DNA of 64,000 bases. Source: Planctomycetota bacterium (lineage in GTDB: Bacteria > Planctomycetota > B15-G4). Below the pieces are notes generated by a model. The model did no database searches and was not told the origin of the DNA. It worked only from the letters and a program-made list of their open reading frames with translations. The stretch spans positions 2,206-66,205 of the forward strand of contig JAQWOM010000014.1 of NCBI GenBank assembly GCA_029245865.1, read 5' to 3'. How positions within the stretch are numbered: position 1 is the first letter of the stretch; every line of letters begins with the position of its first letter. Positions 37,322 to 46,883 of the stretch are shown here, piece by piece. The position numbers and the translations under genes were made by a program.

Positions 37322-38932
37322 ATGTCTCTCCGGATCGTGCTCTTCTTTGTCTTCGCTCACGTGCTTGTGGGCTATGCCTTCCTGAAGGACGTGGGACCTG
37401 GATTCCCGCTCGACGACACCTGGCTCCACATGGTCTACGCCCGGTCTTTCGGAACGGGCCAAGGGTTCGCCTTCAATGAGGGCCAGCTCGAAACCGGCGT
37501 CACGGCCCCCCTCTGGACGGCAATTCTCGCGGTACCCGTGACCATCTCGGACCTCCTGGGCAACAACCCTGGCTGGATCCGCATCCTACCGGGCCTGACC
37601 GACGTCACTTTCGAAGGTCGCCCCGATCTCGCCGTCCGCCTGCTCGAAGGCCTGATTGGACTCTTACTCGCTCTGGCGGGGTTCAAGCTGGCTTCTCGTG
37701 CGGGACGTTGGCCAGCTTACTTCACGGGCCTGCTGCTGACCTGTGACACCACATTGATGTTCGACCGCTTCTCGGGCATGGAAACCCCTCTCTTCGGCCT
37801 GGGAACGATCCTCCTTGTCGACGCGCTGCTGGACGAAAAGATAGGCCGCTCCGGCATACTCACGGGATTGCTGGCCCTGATCCGCCCCGAGGGTCTCGTG
37901 CTTGGACTTCTCGGGTTCTGTTGGTTCAAGGCCCACAAGAAGGGCCTCTACCGATACCTCGGCACCGTCTTCCTCTGCATTCTTCCCTGGATGGCGTACT
38001 GCTTCGTCCTCTCAGGCCGCCCCTGGCCGGCGACCTTTGACGTGAAAGCCGCCATGGTGCTGGAACCACGCGCACTCTACGAATCCGTGACCGCCATGCT
38101 GAGCGGAACCGGCTGGGGTTGGGCGCTGCCTCTCCTCTGCCTCGTCGGTGTCTTCTCTCTGGAGGGCGGTCGACACTCGCTCGGGCTACTCACCGCCAGT
38201 GCCACAGCCCTTCTCTTCGGCAGCGTGTTCCTCACGCGCCCCCTCGAAACCGCCGGGGACCCTCTCTACCTCCCTTACTACTGGGCACGCTACGCACACA
38301 TTGCCTGGCCGCTCATGCTGCTGATCGGAGCAACGGGCCTCTCGGCACTTATACGCACCGCCTATGCAGGTGTGCGCTGCCGACCTCACTACGCCATTCT
38401 CCTCATCTCACCGATGCTGCTCGTCGGTTGGCTCGGGCGCGACCTGTTTGCTCGCAGCGTCGATCTGCAACACCGCTTCGCAGCGGAATGTCAGCACGTC
38501 GAAGCGCTCAACGTTGAAGCTGGCCTCTGGATTGCAGAAAACACCGAGCGGGGCGCCACGGTCGCCGCCCACGACACCGGTGCCATCCGGTATTTCGGCG
38601 ACCGCAAGGTCATCGACATCTACGGACACCAGAACTTCGCCTTTCTGCAGGCAGAGCGACTGGGGGAAGAAGCAGCCATGCAGTGGCTCGCAGACACCCA
38701 ACCTGATGTCTTGGCCGTGTTCCCTGCCCTCTGGGGAGGCCCGGAGACGGACGAGTTCAAAAAAATCTGGGCCCAGTTGCCACCTCAGCAGGGCGCCGCG
38801 TTGCTCGAAGCCTCGCAACCCTATGCTGAGTTCTTTGGGCTCACGAAACGTGTCCAGACCTTCCACGTGGACCAACCCGCGACTGTCCCCGACCCGACTC
38901 ACGCGGACCTGGCAATCTTCGTCGCCCCATGA
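37322..38932 (+). CDS. polytopic membrane protein, GT-C-like glycosyltransferase fold (putative)
   Basis: ATG 37322 gives MSLRIVLFFVFAHVLVGYAFL. The acidic first-loop motif 'FPLDDTWLHMVYARS' is followed by at least 10 predicted TM helices and a ~170-aa soluble C-terminal domain. The ORF upstream of 37322 overlaps the divergent gene. Confidence 0.5.
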   Translation: MSLRIVLFFVFAHVLVGYAFLKDVGPGFPLDDTWLHMVYARSFGTGQGFAFNEGQLETGVTAPLWTAILAVPVTISDLLGNNPGWIRILPGLTDVTFEGRPDLAVRLLEGLIGLLLALAGFKLASRAGRWPAYFTGLLLTCDTTLMFDRFSGMETPLFGLGTILLVDALLDEKIGRSGILTGLLALIRPEGLVLGLLGFCWFKAHKKGLYRYLGTVFLCILPWMAYCFVLSGRPWPATFDVKAAMVLEPRALYESVTAMLSGTGWGWALPLLCLVGVFSLEGGRHSLGLLTASATALLFGSVFLTRPLETAGDPLYLPYYWARYAHIAWPLMLLIGATGLSALIRTAYAGVRCRPHYAILLISPMLLVGWLGRDLFARSVDLQHRFAAECQHVEALNVEAGLWIAENTERGATVAAHDTGAIRYFGDRKVIDIYGHQNFAFLQAERLGEEAAMQWLADTQPDVLAVFPALWGGPETDEFKKIWAQLPPQQGAALLEASQPYAEFFGLTKRVQTFHVDQPATVPDPTHADLAIFVAP

Positions 38933-41154
38933 GCCAACCCAGCGAGCATGCGCAACACATGACGCCGCCTGCTGACCAAGACGAGAGTCGACTCAAACCC
39001 ATCCAGGTACTGGTCATCTTGCTGTTGGGGCTGTTGGCACGCGCGGGCTACGAGGTGGCCGTGCGCACCGACGAAGGCCCTGTCGGGGCGCTGACCCATC
39101 ATCTTCTCGGAGATGAACGCGCCTACGATGAGTTCGCGCGAGCGAGTGCGGAGGGGGCCCTGGATCGCGAACGCGCGTTCTACCAGGAGCCCATGTACCC
39201 CTGGCTGCTTGGGGTGGTGTATCGACTATGGCCCCCCATGCCTGTCGCGGCAGACGCCGCGAGCATTCCCCGAGAAGGTGTTCGTGACGCCGTACTCTGG
39301 GTGCAGCATCTTCTCGGCTTGCTGGTCGCATGGGGCACGGCACGCCTGGGCGCTCGAGCACTCGGGAACCACGTCGGCTTTCTGGCCGGTGTGTTCATGG
39401 CCGTCTCGGGCCCTGCTGTCTTTCACGAGAGCATGCTGCTCAAGGCGACGCTCTCACTTCTTCTCGTCGTGATCAGTCTCAACTTATGGCTCGATCTCCT
39501 CGAGAGCGCAGGCAAAAAACGCGCCGTCGTCTTAGGCCTGTGCCTGGGAATTGGCGTCCTCTTGCGCGGCAACCTGTACCTGCTGCTGGCTCTCGTCACA
39601 GCCTCGCTTGTGCTCCGGCGAGCCTCGCGACGACCTGCTGAAGCCCTTCTCGTTCTGGGCACCGCGCTGCTCGTCATGGCGCCGGCCACCCTGCACAACA
39701 TCCAGCGCGGTGACTTTGTTCTGACCACCTACCAGGCGGGCTCCAACGCCGCCATCGGGCAGCCAATCGGCGCAGACCCCAATGCGGGCATCATGTACAC
39801 CCCACTACGCGCAGGGCGTGGCGATGCGCGCTTCGAAGAGAAAGATGCGGTGCGCCTTGCAGAGGCCGGCGCTGGCCGACGACTCACCGGACGCGAGATC
39901 TCAGCTTGGTGGTGGACACAGGTGGGAGAGCAGCTGAAAAGTCACCCGCTCGTTGCTCTGCAACGCACAGGCTGGAAACTGCTTCATCTCTTCCACGGGC
40001 TTGAGGTTGTGGACGTCAAAGACTGGACCTTCATCTCCCGACGGGTCCCCTGGCTGAACACGCCCCTCTCCAACCTCTGGCTGCTCGGGCCATGGGCCCT
40101 GCTGGGCTTCCTCTTTCTACCCTGGCGAAAACACCCTGGATTGCTCGTGGTGCGAGGTGGACTGGTCGTCTTCGCGATGTCACTCGCGCTGTTCTATGTC
40201 ATGGGCCGCTACCGACTGACAGCCCTCCCCATGTTGTTCATCCTGGCGGCGGGCGCCGCCTCGGCCGGCTGGCACACACTTCGCTCCAATGCACCCTTGG
40301 CCCGAAAAGGGCTCGTGCTGCTCGGAGCTCTCGGCCTGCCACTGGCCCTCGCGGCCCTTCCGATGCCCACGGAATCTCATGGGCACCATGTGTCCTGGGC
40401 CAATGCATCCAGCGTCGAGCGAAGGATGGCAGAAGAGGCAGAAGAGCCCGGCGAAGCCCTGCTCAGACGAGAGCGGGCCCGGCTCTGGGCCAGCAAGGCC
40501 ATCGAGATCGCCCCCCTTTTCCCCTCGGCTCGCACGGCTCTGCTCTTCGCGTGCTCTTCCCGTGGACCAGCTCTCGAGCCACTTCCCTCCGAAGCCCGAG
40601 ACGCTGCGTGGCGGCTCGCCCTTTTGATGGAGGGGCTGCGGACGGGACGCCCCGTACGCAATCAACTCGATGCGGATGAACCCGAGGTCGCGAGGACTGT
40701 CATCGAACTCCTGGACTGGCCGTCACTTCCAGGTCAGAAAGAGTTCACAGATCCGCTGAGAGCCACCGCGATGCGGAGCCTGAATCCCTGGTTCAAGCCA
40801 GGGCAGATGCCGTACATCGAGAGTTCCGAGCTCTTTCCACTGGCCCTTCGCCTGGCGAATCTGTCGCTGGACCTCGATCCCGGCGACCCCATGGGCTACG
40901 CCCAGCGGGGATTGGTTCTCCGGCGTATGCATCGCCTGCCTGAAGCTGAAAAAGATTACCGCACGGCAATCCAGGAGGGGGCGGTGAGCGCCACTCTGCA
41001 CAACAACCTGGGGACCCTTCTGCTCGATACGGGCAGGCCGGCAGAAGCACAGGAGAGCTTCCTCCGAGCCCTCGAACTGTCTCCCGACAACCCGATCATC
41101 CAACTCAATCTGGGCCGATCGCAAGCCGCTCTCAAATCGTCAAGGGACCCTTGA
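38929..41154 (+). CDS. GT-C (ArnT/PMT, GT39/83-like) membrane glycosyltransferase fused to C-terminal TPR repeats (putative)
   Basis: ATGA overlap with the preceding gene. The first-loop acidic motif 'LLGDERAYDEFA' is followed by multiple TM helices. C-terminal TPR units include 'AEKDYRTAIQEGAVSATLHNNLGTLLLDTGRPAEAQESFLRALELSPDNPIIQLNLG'. Confidence 0.55.
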   Translation: MSQPSEHAQHMTPPADQDESRLKPIQVLVILLLGLLARAGYEVAVRTDEGPVGALTHHLLGDERAYDEFARASAEGALDRERAFYQEPMYPWLLGVVYRLWPPMPVAADAASIPREGVRDAVLWVQHLLGLLVAWGTARLGARALGNHVGFLAGVFMAVSGPAVFHESMLLKATLSLLLVVISLNLWLDLLESAGKKRAVVLGLCLGIGVLLRGNLYLLLALVTASLVLRRASRRPAEALLVLGTALLVMAPATLHNIQRGDFVLTTYQAGSNAAIGQPIGADPNAGIMYTPLRAGRGDARFEEKDAVRLAEAGAGRRLTGREISAWWWTQVGEQLKSHPLVALQRTGWKLLHLFHGLEVVDVKDWTFISRRVPWLNTPLSNLWLLGPWALLGFLFLPWRKHPGLLVVRGGLVVFAMSLALFYVMGRYRLTALPMLFILAAGAASAGWHTLRSNAPLARKGLVLLGALGLPLALAALPMPTESHGHHVSWANASSVERRMAEEAEEPGEALLRRERARLWASKAIEIAPLFPSARTALLFACSSRGPALEPLPSEARDAAWRLALLMEGLRTGRPVRNQLDADEPEVARTVIELLDWPSLPGQKEFTDPLRATAMRSLNPWFKPGQMPYIESSELFPLALRLANLSLDLDPGDPMGYAQRGLVLRRMHRLPEAEKDYRTAIQEGAVSATLHNNLGTLLLDTGRPAEAQESFLRALELSPDNPIIQLNLGRSQAALKSSRDP

Positions 41155-41214
41155 GTTCCCCTATGTCCAACGGGGACACTTGATCCGGACTCACTGACTT
41201 GGGACACAAGCAAC

Positions 41215-41661
41215 ATGACCACCCTCGCTGAATCACCCATGACCAACCCATTCGCCAACACCAAGTGCGGCGGCTGCACAGCCCTGTGCTGCAGCTACTT
41301 CGCGTTGGAGATTGACACTCCAGATGAGCCAGAAGACTTCGAAAATCTGCGCTGGTACATCATTCACGAAGATGTGCAGATCTTCGTGGACGACGGCGAT
41401 TGGTACCTCCAGATCAATCGGAAATGCAGTTGGCTAGACGGCAACAAGTGCGGCAACTACGAAAACCGTCCGCAGATCTGCCGCGACTATTCCGACACAC
41501 TTTGCGATCTCGATGGGCCTCAGTCAGACCACACCTTCCGCAACATCGAAGAGCTCGAAGCCTACCGCGACACCTGGGTGGCCGAGTTTGAAGAGAAGAA
41601 ACGGAAGAAAGCCAAAAAGGCGCGCAAGAAAAACGGGAAGCGCAGGAAGCACGGCCGGTAA
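41215..41661 (+). CDS. YkgJ/UPF0153-family cysteine-cluster protein with Lys/Arg-rich tail
   Basis: 'CGGCTALCCSYF' (CxxCxxxCC), 'KCSWLD.NKCGNYENRPQICRDY', and a C-terminal 'EEKKRKKAKKARKKNGKRRKHGR'. Confidence 0.75.
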   Translation: MTTLAESPMTNPFANTKCGGCTALCCSYFALEIDTPDEPEDFENLRWYIIHEDVQIFVDDGDWYLQINRKCSWLDGNKCGNYENRPQICRDYSDTLCDLDGPQSDHTFRNIEELEAYRDTWVAEFEEKKRKKAKKARKKNGKRRKHGR

Positions 41662-41695
41662 GCGGCCGCTCTCTGACCTGCGTACAGACGCAAGG

Positions 41696-43513
41696 TTAAC
41701 CCTCCTGATCGTCGATCACCGCCAGGGCTTGACGCTCTAACTTACGCAGTTCGGTGAGCGCTTGATCGATGTTTGCTTCCAGAATGCGGCGCGGCTCACT
41801 GCTCTGAAACCCCGGCTCGAAGTGCTCAATCGAGAGAACCGCTTCGCGATACCAGTGACTCCAGGCCACGATGATTGTTCTCTCTCGGTCACTGACCAAG
41901 GCGAGTTGCACCGGATCATCCTTCACCGCCTGCACGGACAGCCGGGTACGCGCCGTCTTCGCCTCCGTTCCCAGCCGCACACGAGCCGCCTCCATCACGA
42001 GCCTCAACACTTCATCGGCTCGCTCCAAACCGGCTGAACCAAAATGGTTCACCAGGGCCAATGTCCCCATGGCCATATTCTCCATCTCGTCCAGGCTCAC
42101 CTTGTCGAGCCGATCCAAGTTGGTGTGATAGTAGGGGTCCGTGAAGTGCCAGAGGAGTACGGCAGGGATACCCCGCTCCAGAAAGGACTCGTGGTCCGAA
42201 CCGCCTTCATAAGGGTTGCTGCGGACCGGCCAATCGACTCTCTTTTGCCGCTCATGCATGGCGGCCATGACGTAGTCATTCAGGAAATTGCCCGAGAGTT
42301 GGCCCACCCGCACGTCGCCACGCCCCCACTCCGAATGAACGTCCAGCGGGGGGCGATCCCAGATCGCTCCGGGATCGGGCATGCGCTCGACAAGCGGCAA
42401 AGCTCCATTCTCTTCCGGATCCTCTCCGACCATGTCGATCACAATGGCGAGATCCACCTTGTCGGAGTTCGCGCGCAACCACTCCCGCGAGCACTCAAAC
42501 TCGGTCCCGATCAAGAACACGATATTTCGCCGTGGTCGCGGCAAGCGACCTTCGCGAATGGCTTTGAGATACCCCGTAGCCATTCCAACCGTTGCAGCGA
42601 CACCGGATCCATTGTCGTTGGTCCCCGGTTCATCGAGATGAGCCACAAGAACCACGGTTCCTGCGTGCGAATCGGATCCATCGATTTTCGCAATCAGCGT
42701 TCGGCTGCGGGCCTCGGTGAAGCGCGCGCCGATGATGACCCGCACGTAGACCATGCCCCCGCTCAGCAAGCGCTCAAGAACACGGCGCTTGGCAGGTGAC
42801 ACGTTGAGCCCGAAACCTTCACGCTCGGCGTCGTAGGGCACCTTCGAAAAGTGGATCGCGTCGGTGTAAGTGGAGGGTTCGTTGTATTCCGGCAAGTACG
42901 AGGAAATCACACCCAGCGCACCGCCCTGAACCACGGCTTGCTCAAAGAGCGCTGCCGAGGGCAACGTGCCGTAAACGATCGTTCCGGCATAGCTCTCCGG
43001 TGGCTTGCTGTGATCGAAACGCACAAGAGGCGCGACAACGCCATCGGGCGCAGTTGGAAAAGAGTTCGCACAGACAAAGGTCCGGTCCAGTCCAGACTCG
43101 TCCTCGAAGGAATGCAGCAGGCCGACGTCTGGTGAAATCACGGAAAGGCTCGCCGAGGACGGTGTCCAGGCAGGCTTCACGGGGCCGAAGTCACGGAAGC
43201 GCACCGTGTCGCCATGACTGTCCGGCGAAGAAGGGTCGGAGAACCCTCCCTTCTCGAGGGCTTCCATGGCCAGTTCCAGGCTGCGCAGATACCCATGGTT
43301 CCCGCGAAGTCGGTAGAACGGGTCCATCCCTTCCAGGAGTTTGCCCGCGACATCCTTCTCGAAGGCCGACTGCACGGCCTCCATCGAGGCTGAAAGACTC
43401 GTACCGTCCGCCTGACCCACTGCCGAGGCAGGGACCACGCCGCCGAGAACCAGAATGGCACCCAGAAAAAAACTTCTGGCTGTCCTCGAGGGCACAGCGC
43501 GCCCAGTTCGCAT
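41696..43513 (-). CDS. M28-family metallopeptidase-like protein with PA domain
   Basis: 'VVLVAHLDEPGTNDNGSGVAATVGMATG', 'FLIGTEFECSREW' and 'GGSDHESF'. ATG 43513 gives MRTGRAVPSRTARSFFLGAILVLGGVVPASAVGQ, a signal peptide. Confidence 0.8.
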   Translation of the reverse strand: MRTGRAVPSRTARSFFLGAILVLGGVVPASAVGQADGTSLSASMEAVQSAFEKDVAGKLLEGMDPFYRLRGNHGYLRSLELAMEALEKGGFSDPSSPDSHGDTVRFRDFGPVKPAWTPSSASLSVISPDVGLLHSFEDESGLDRTFVCANSFPTAPDGVVAPLVRFDHSKPPESYAGTIVYGTLPSAALFEQAVVQGGALGVISSYLPEYNEPSTYTDAIHFSKVPYDAEREGFGLNVSPAKRRVLERLLSGGMVYVRVIIGARFTEARSRTLIAKIDGSDSHAGTVVLVAHLDEPGTNDNGSGVAATVGMATGYLKAIREGRLPRPRRNIVFLIGTEFECSREWLRANSDKVDLAIVIDMVGEDPEENGALPLVERMPDPGAIWDRPPLDVHSEWGRGDVRVGQLSGNFLNDYVMAAMHERQKRVDWPVRSNPYEGGSDHESFLERGIPAVLLWHFTDPYYHTNLDRLDKVSLDEMENMAMGTLALVNHFGSAGLERADEVLRLVMEAARVRLGTEAKTARTRLSVQAVKDDPVQLALVSDRERTIIVAWSHWYREAVLSIEHFEPGFQSSEPRRILEANIDQALTELRKLERQALAVIDDQEG

Positions 43514-43653
43514 TCGACAACACACGCTCACGACAGATCTCCAGGGGTTCCTGCTGGGCCCTGACATCGACTCAGGCCACAGAAGATACCTGGGTTTGCT
43601 GCGGAGGTCGAAACACGCCATTCTGGCCAGCTCAAATCCTTCGGAGATGCCTT

Positions 43654-44085
43654 ATCCATCAGCGCATTCTTGCCATCGATTATGGACGTGTCCGGCATGG
43701 ACTGGCCGTGAGCGATGGATTGGGCCTGGCGGCTCACCCCCTGCCCGTTCTGGTGAGAGGCGCGGCCGAGGCCGACCTCGCGACGCTCCGCACCGTCATC
43801 GAGGAGCGGGATATCCATCGAATCGTCCTCGGCCTTCCCCTCGACATGACCGGAGACGAGGGGGCCATGGCCAAGGAGGTCCGCCTCTACGGGACCGCAC
43901 TCCAGGCCCAGATCGGACTTCCTGTGGCCTATGAGGATGAGCGACTGACCACCGATGAGGCGGAGGCAAGGCTGAAAGAACAGGGCCTCCGGCCCAGCGA
44001 TCGAAAGCGACGACGAGATTCGTTGGCTGCCGCGATCATTCTCGAGGGCGTTCTCGCCCGACAACAGGGCTCAGACGGCACTTGA
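43654..44085 (+). CDS. ruvX: Holliday-junction-resolvase-like pre-16S rRNA nuclease RuvX/YqgF (start codon unresolved)
   Basis: 'RILAIDYGRVRHGLAVSD', 'IVLGLPLDMTGDEG' and 'DERLTTDEA' are RuvX motifs. The listed ORF (43000) is an artefactual upstream extension. See the finding on the missing canonical start. Confidence 0.8.
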   Translation: MHQRILAIDYGRVRHGLAVSDGLGLAAHPLPVLVRGAAEADLATLRTVIEERDIHRIVLGLPLDMTGDEGAMAKEVRLYGTALQAQIGLPVAYEDERLTTDEAEARLKEQGLRPSDRKRRRDSLAAAIILEGVLARQQGSDGT

Positions 44086-44094
44086 TCGAGCTTT

Positions 44095-44112
44095 GCACAC
44101 GTTGTCGTGTGC
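44095..44112. terminator. hairpin between convergent ruvX and a small membrane-protein gene
   Basis: Perfect 7-bp stem gcacacg/cgtgtgc with a ttgt loop, 10 nt after the ruvX stop. The flanks are only weakly T-rich. Confidence 0.35.
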
Positions 44113-44172
44113 GACTTCGCTTTCCGGCGCCCGCATGCCGAGAACCGCCCCTGACTTTCTGCCAGTTCGCTG

Positions 44173-44382
44173 TCAGCGCTGGATCTGGGCAGCCACTCTC
44201 TGAGCCGCGCTCTTGCGGTTCCGGCGCGTCACGGCGCCAGCAACCATGAGCAATCCCAGCGCGACAAGCACGACAGGAGGCGGCGCCTGAAGGACAGGGC
44301 CTGCCAATTGCTGGCTGTTCTCCGGGCTAAACATGGCAGCACCTGCCGTGAACGCCAGAGCAGGGACGGCGAGCGTCCCCAT
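44173..44382 (-). CDS. small secreted/membrane protein with a PEP-CTERM-like C-terminal anchor (hypothetical)
   Basis: ATG 44382 gives MGTLAVPALAFTAGAAMFSPENSQQLAGPVLQAPPPVVLVALGLLMVAGAVTRRNRKSAAQRVAAQIQR. This reads as a signal peptide, a short linker, Pro-Pro-Pro, a TM helix and a basic cluster. Coding status is uncertain. Confidence 0.3.
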   Translation of the reverse strand: MGTLAVPALAFTAGAAMFSPENSQQLAGPVLQAPPPVVLVALGLLMVAGAVTRRNRKSAAQRVAAQIQR

Positions 44383-44689
44383 CACGATGAACGTGAGAAA
44401 AGAAATACGAGACTTCTGTGGTGCCGTCACGATGTGCTGTCCCGATACAACAAATGCGGTGAATGACTCAGAAGGTGTGCAGGCGACGACCTCGCAAAAG
44501 AGCAGAGCCCGAATCACTCCGCTCGCCTACGTACGAATGCCCGATCTAGGTCGAACGCTCAACTGAAGCTGACCCTATACCGGGTTTCTCTGGCCGTCAA
44601 GTTGACCCACCCCCTCAGCCAATCGCTTGGACTTCCACGCTGGAGGCCCTTTCCATGGCTCAATCGGCAATCGGAGAACAAAATCTGAA

Positions 44690-44704
44690 GGCCTCTTTGA
44701 GGCC
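44690..44704 (-). terminator. candidate terminator downstream of rnpB
   Basis: ggcctctttgaggcc is a 6-bp stem. On the minus strand it is followed by UUCAGAUUUUGUU, about 20 nt after the predicted rnpB 3' end. Confidence 0.35.
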
Positions 44705-44725
44705 AAAAGAAGACAAAAGAGGGAT

Positions 44726-45120
<395 letters not shown>

Positions 45121-45254
45121 AGATCCCAAGCTGTCTGTCAATGAGCGGTTGGGCCGCATGGCATCCGAGGACCCCGAGCCCGAGCGGCGTATGATACGCC
45201 CTAACCCCGGAGGACGTCTCCCCGGCGCCCCATATCCACATCTTCGACGGCTCT

Positions 45255-45884
45255 TTGCCCATCATGGAATTCGTCTACGTCACGAAACGTTACGACCTCT
45301 TTGACCTCTCCTTCCCTCACGGCTTTCTGGCCGCCAAACAGGATGATCGGGTCGCCCTCTGGACCCAGCGCATCCGCGACAAGGGCTTCTTCGTGGAACG
45401 CCGCTGGGCCGAGCAAGATTCTTCGCTCAAACAGGTCATTCCGTACACGCTGGTCGTCCACAACCAGAAAGTCTTGCTGCTGAAGCGCCTGAATGCAGGC
45501 GGCGAATCGCGGCTGCACGGAAAACTCTCCATCGGCGTGGGCGGCCACATCAATCCAATCGATGAAGTCACCGAAGCCGATGGAGTGCTCGAGGCAGGCT
45601 GTCGGCGAGAACTGGACGAAGAGCTGGTGATCGAATCCCCCTACACCCTTGAGCCCGTTGGGGTCATCAACGACGAATCGGGAGACGTGGGCTCGGTGCA
45701 CTTCGGTCTTGTTCAGATCGCACGCTGTGAGACGCCGGATGTCCGCGTACGGGAGACGGATATTCTGGAAGGCTCCTTCACCAGCCTGGAGACACTCCGG
45801 GAGCTTGCGGGCCCCGAGAGGGACCGACTGGAAACCTGGTCTGCGCTGATCATTGATCAACTCGAGGCCGCACTGGGTTCGTAA
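45255..45884 (+). CDS. NUDIX-family hydrolase
   Basis: Nudix box-like 'GVGGHINPIDEV...GCRRELDEELVIE' (Gx5Ex7REUxEE pattern). Length is 209 aa. The gene lies upstream of manA. Confidence 0.65.
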   Translation: MPIMEFVYVTKRYDLFDLSFPHGFLAAKQDDRVALWTQRIRDKGFFVERRWAEQDSSLKQVIPYTLVVHNQKVLLLKRLNAGGESRLHGKLSIGVGGHINPIDEVTEADGVLEAGCRRELDEELVIESPYTLEPVGVINDESGDVGSVHFGLVQIARCETPDVRVRETDILEGSFTSLETLRELAGPERDRLETWSALIIDQLEAALGS

Positions 45885-45920
45885 GCAACCCCGACTTCTA
45901 TCGGAGCGACCACACTGACC

Positions 45921-46847
45921 TTGCGTGAGCCACCCTTCCTGCAGTTGACACCACGCGCTGTGCTACGCCCCTGGGGCGGCAGCCGGGTGGCTCGGCGCTT
46001 TGGTTGGGATGCTGGCAGTGCGGTCGGCGAGTGGTGGCTCGCCAGCTGTTACCCCGGAATGGAAACGGCCCTGCACGAGACCGCGGGCAACCTTGCCACC
46101 TGGCTGGAGACAGAGGGCCGGGCCCTCAACTGTCCAGAAGCGATCGACTTCCCCATCCTGCTGAAGTTTCTAGATGCGGAAGAGACCCTCTCACTTCAAG
46201 TCCATCCGAACGATGACGTGGCCGCCCGGCACGGGCTGCCCGGGGGCAAGACAGAGGCATGGCACATTCTGGATGCCGATGCGAACGCTTGTGTCTACCT
46301 CGGCACGGCCCCGGGCACCACGTGTGCGGAGATCATGAGCCGCATCGAAGCGGGCGCCTCCAACGAAGACGTGCTCTCCATGATGAACCGACTTGCGGTT
46401 CGCGCCGGTGACACCTTGTTCGTAAAAGCCGGCACTCTGCATGCCATTGCCGGAGGCGTGTCTCTCTTCGAGGTTCAGCAGAACTCGGACGCCACCTACC
46501 GGATGCACGACTGGGGTCGAGGCCGCGCCTTGCACCTTGAGCAGGCCCGTGACGCCATGATCGATGGACCACCCAGCCAAATCATCCGTCCGGAAGTGGG
46601 TCAAGACTGGACGACCTTGGTGGATTGCTCAGCATTTCAGCTCTCTCGAGCGAAACCTAACGCACCCATCAAGATCGCGCCCACCGACGGATACGCCCTG
46701 CTCACCCTGCTCGCAGGAACTGGCGAACTTCAGGGTAAGCAGGGAACGCAAGCAACACTCTCAGCAGGTGACACGCTGCTCGTTCTTGACGAAGTCGAAC
46801 TCGCCGGGGCGGACCTTGACCTGCTGCTGGTTCAACCGGGTCTTTGA
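45921..46847 (+). CDS. manA: class I mannose-6-phosphate isomerase
   Basis: TTG start. 'FPILLKFLDAEETLSLQVHPND', 'GKTEAWHIL' and 'GTLHAI' are the type I PMI cupin/zinc motifs. Confidence 0.85.
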   Translation: MREPPFLQLTPRAVLRPWGGSRVARRFGWDAGSAVGEWWLASCYPGMETALHETAGNLATWLETEGRALNCPEAIDFPILLKFLDAEETLSLQVHPNDDVAARHGLPGGKTEAWHILDADANACVYLGTAPGTTCAEIMSRIEAGASNEDVLSMMNRLAVRAGDTLFVKAGTLHAIAGGVSLFEVQQNSDATYRMHDWGRGRALHLEQARDAMIDGPPSQIIRPEVGQDWTTLVDCSAFQLSRAKPNAPIKIAPTDGYALLTLLAGTGELQGKQGTQATLSAGDTLLVLDEVELAGADLDLLLVQPGL

Positions 46848-46883
46848 CCGCCCGTCACTCCTGCTGCAAGGCGCTGACCAAGA

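Noticed and set aside
45201-45860. 219-aa minus-strand ORF fully antisense to the Nudix gene.
   Set aside because: The + strand product has a recognisable Nudix box and a sensible start. The antisense product has no motifs and shows the biased composition typical of GC-rich shadow ORFs.
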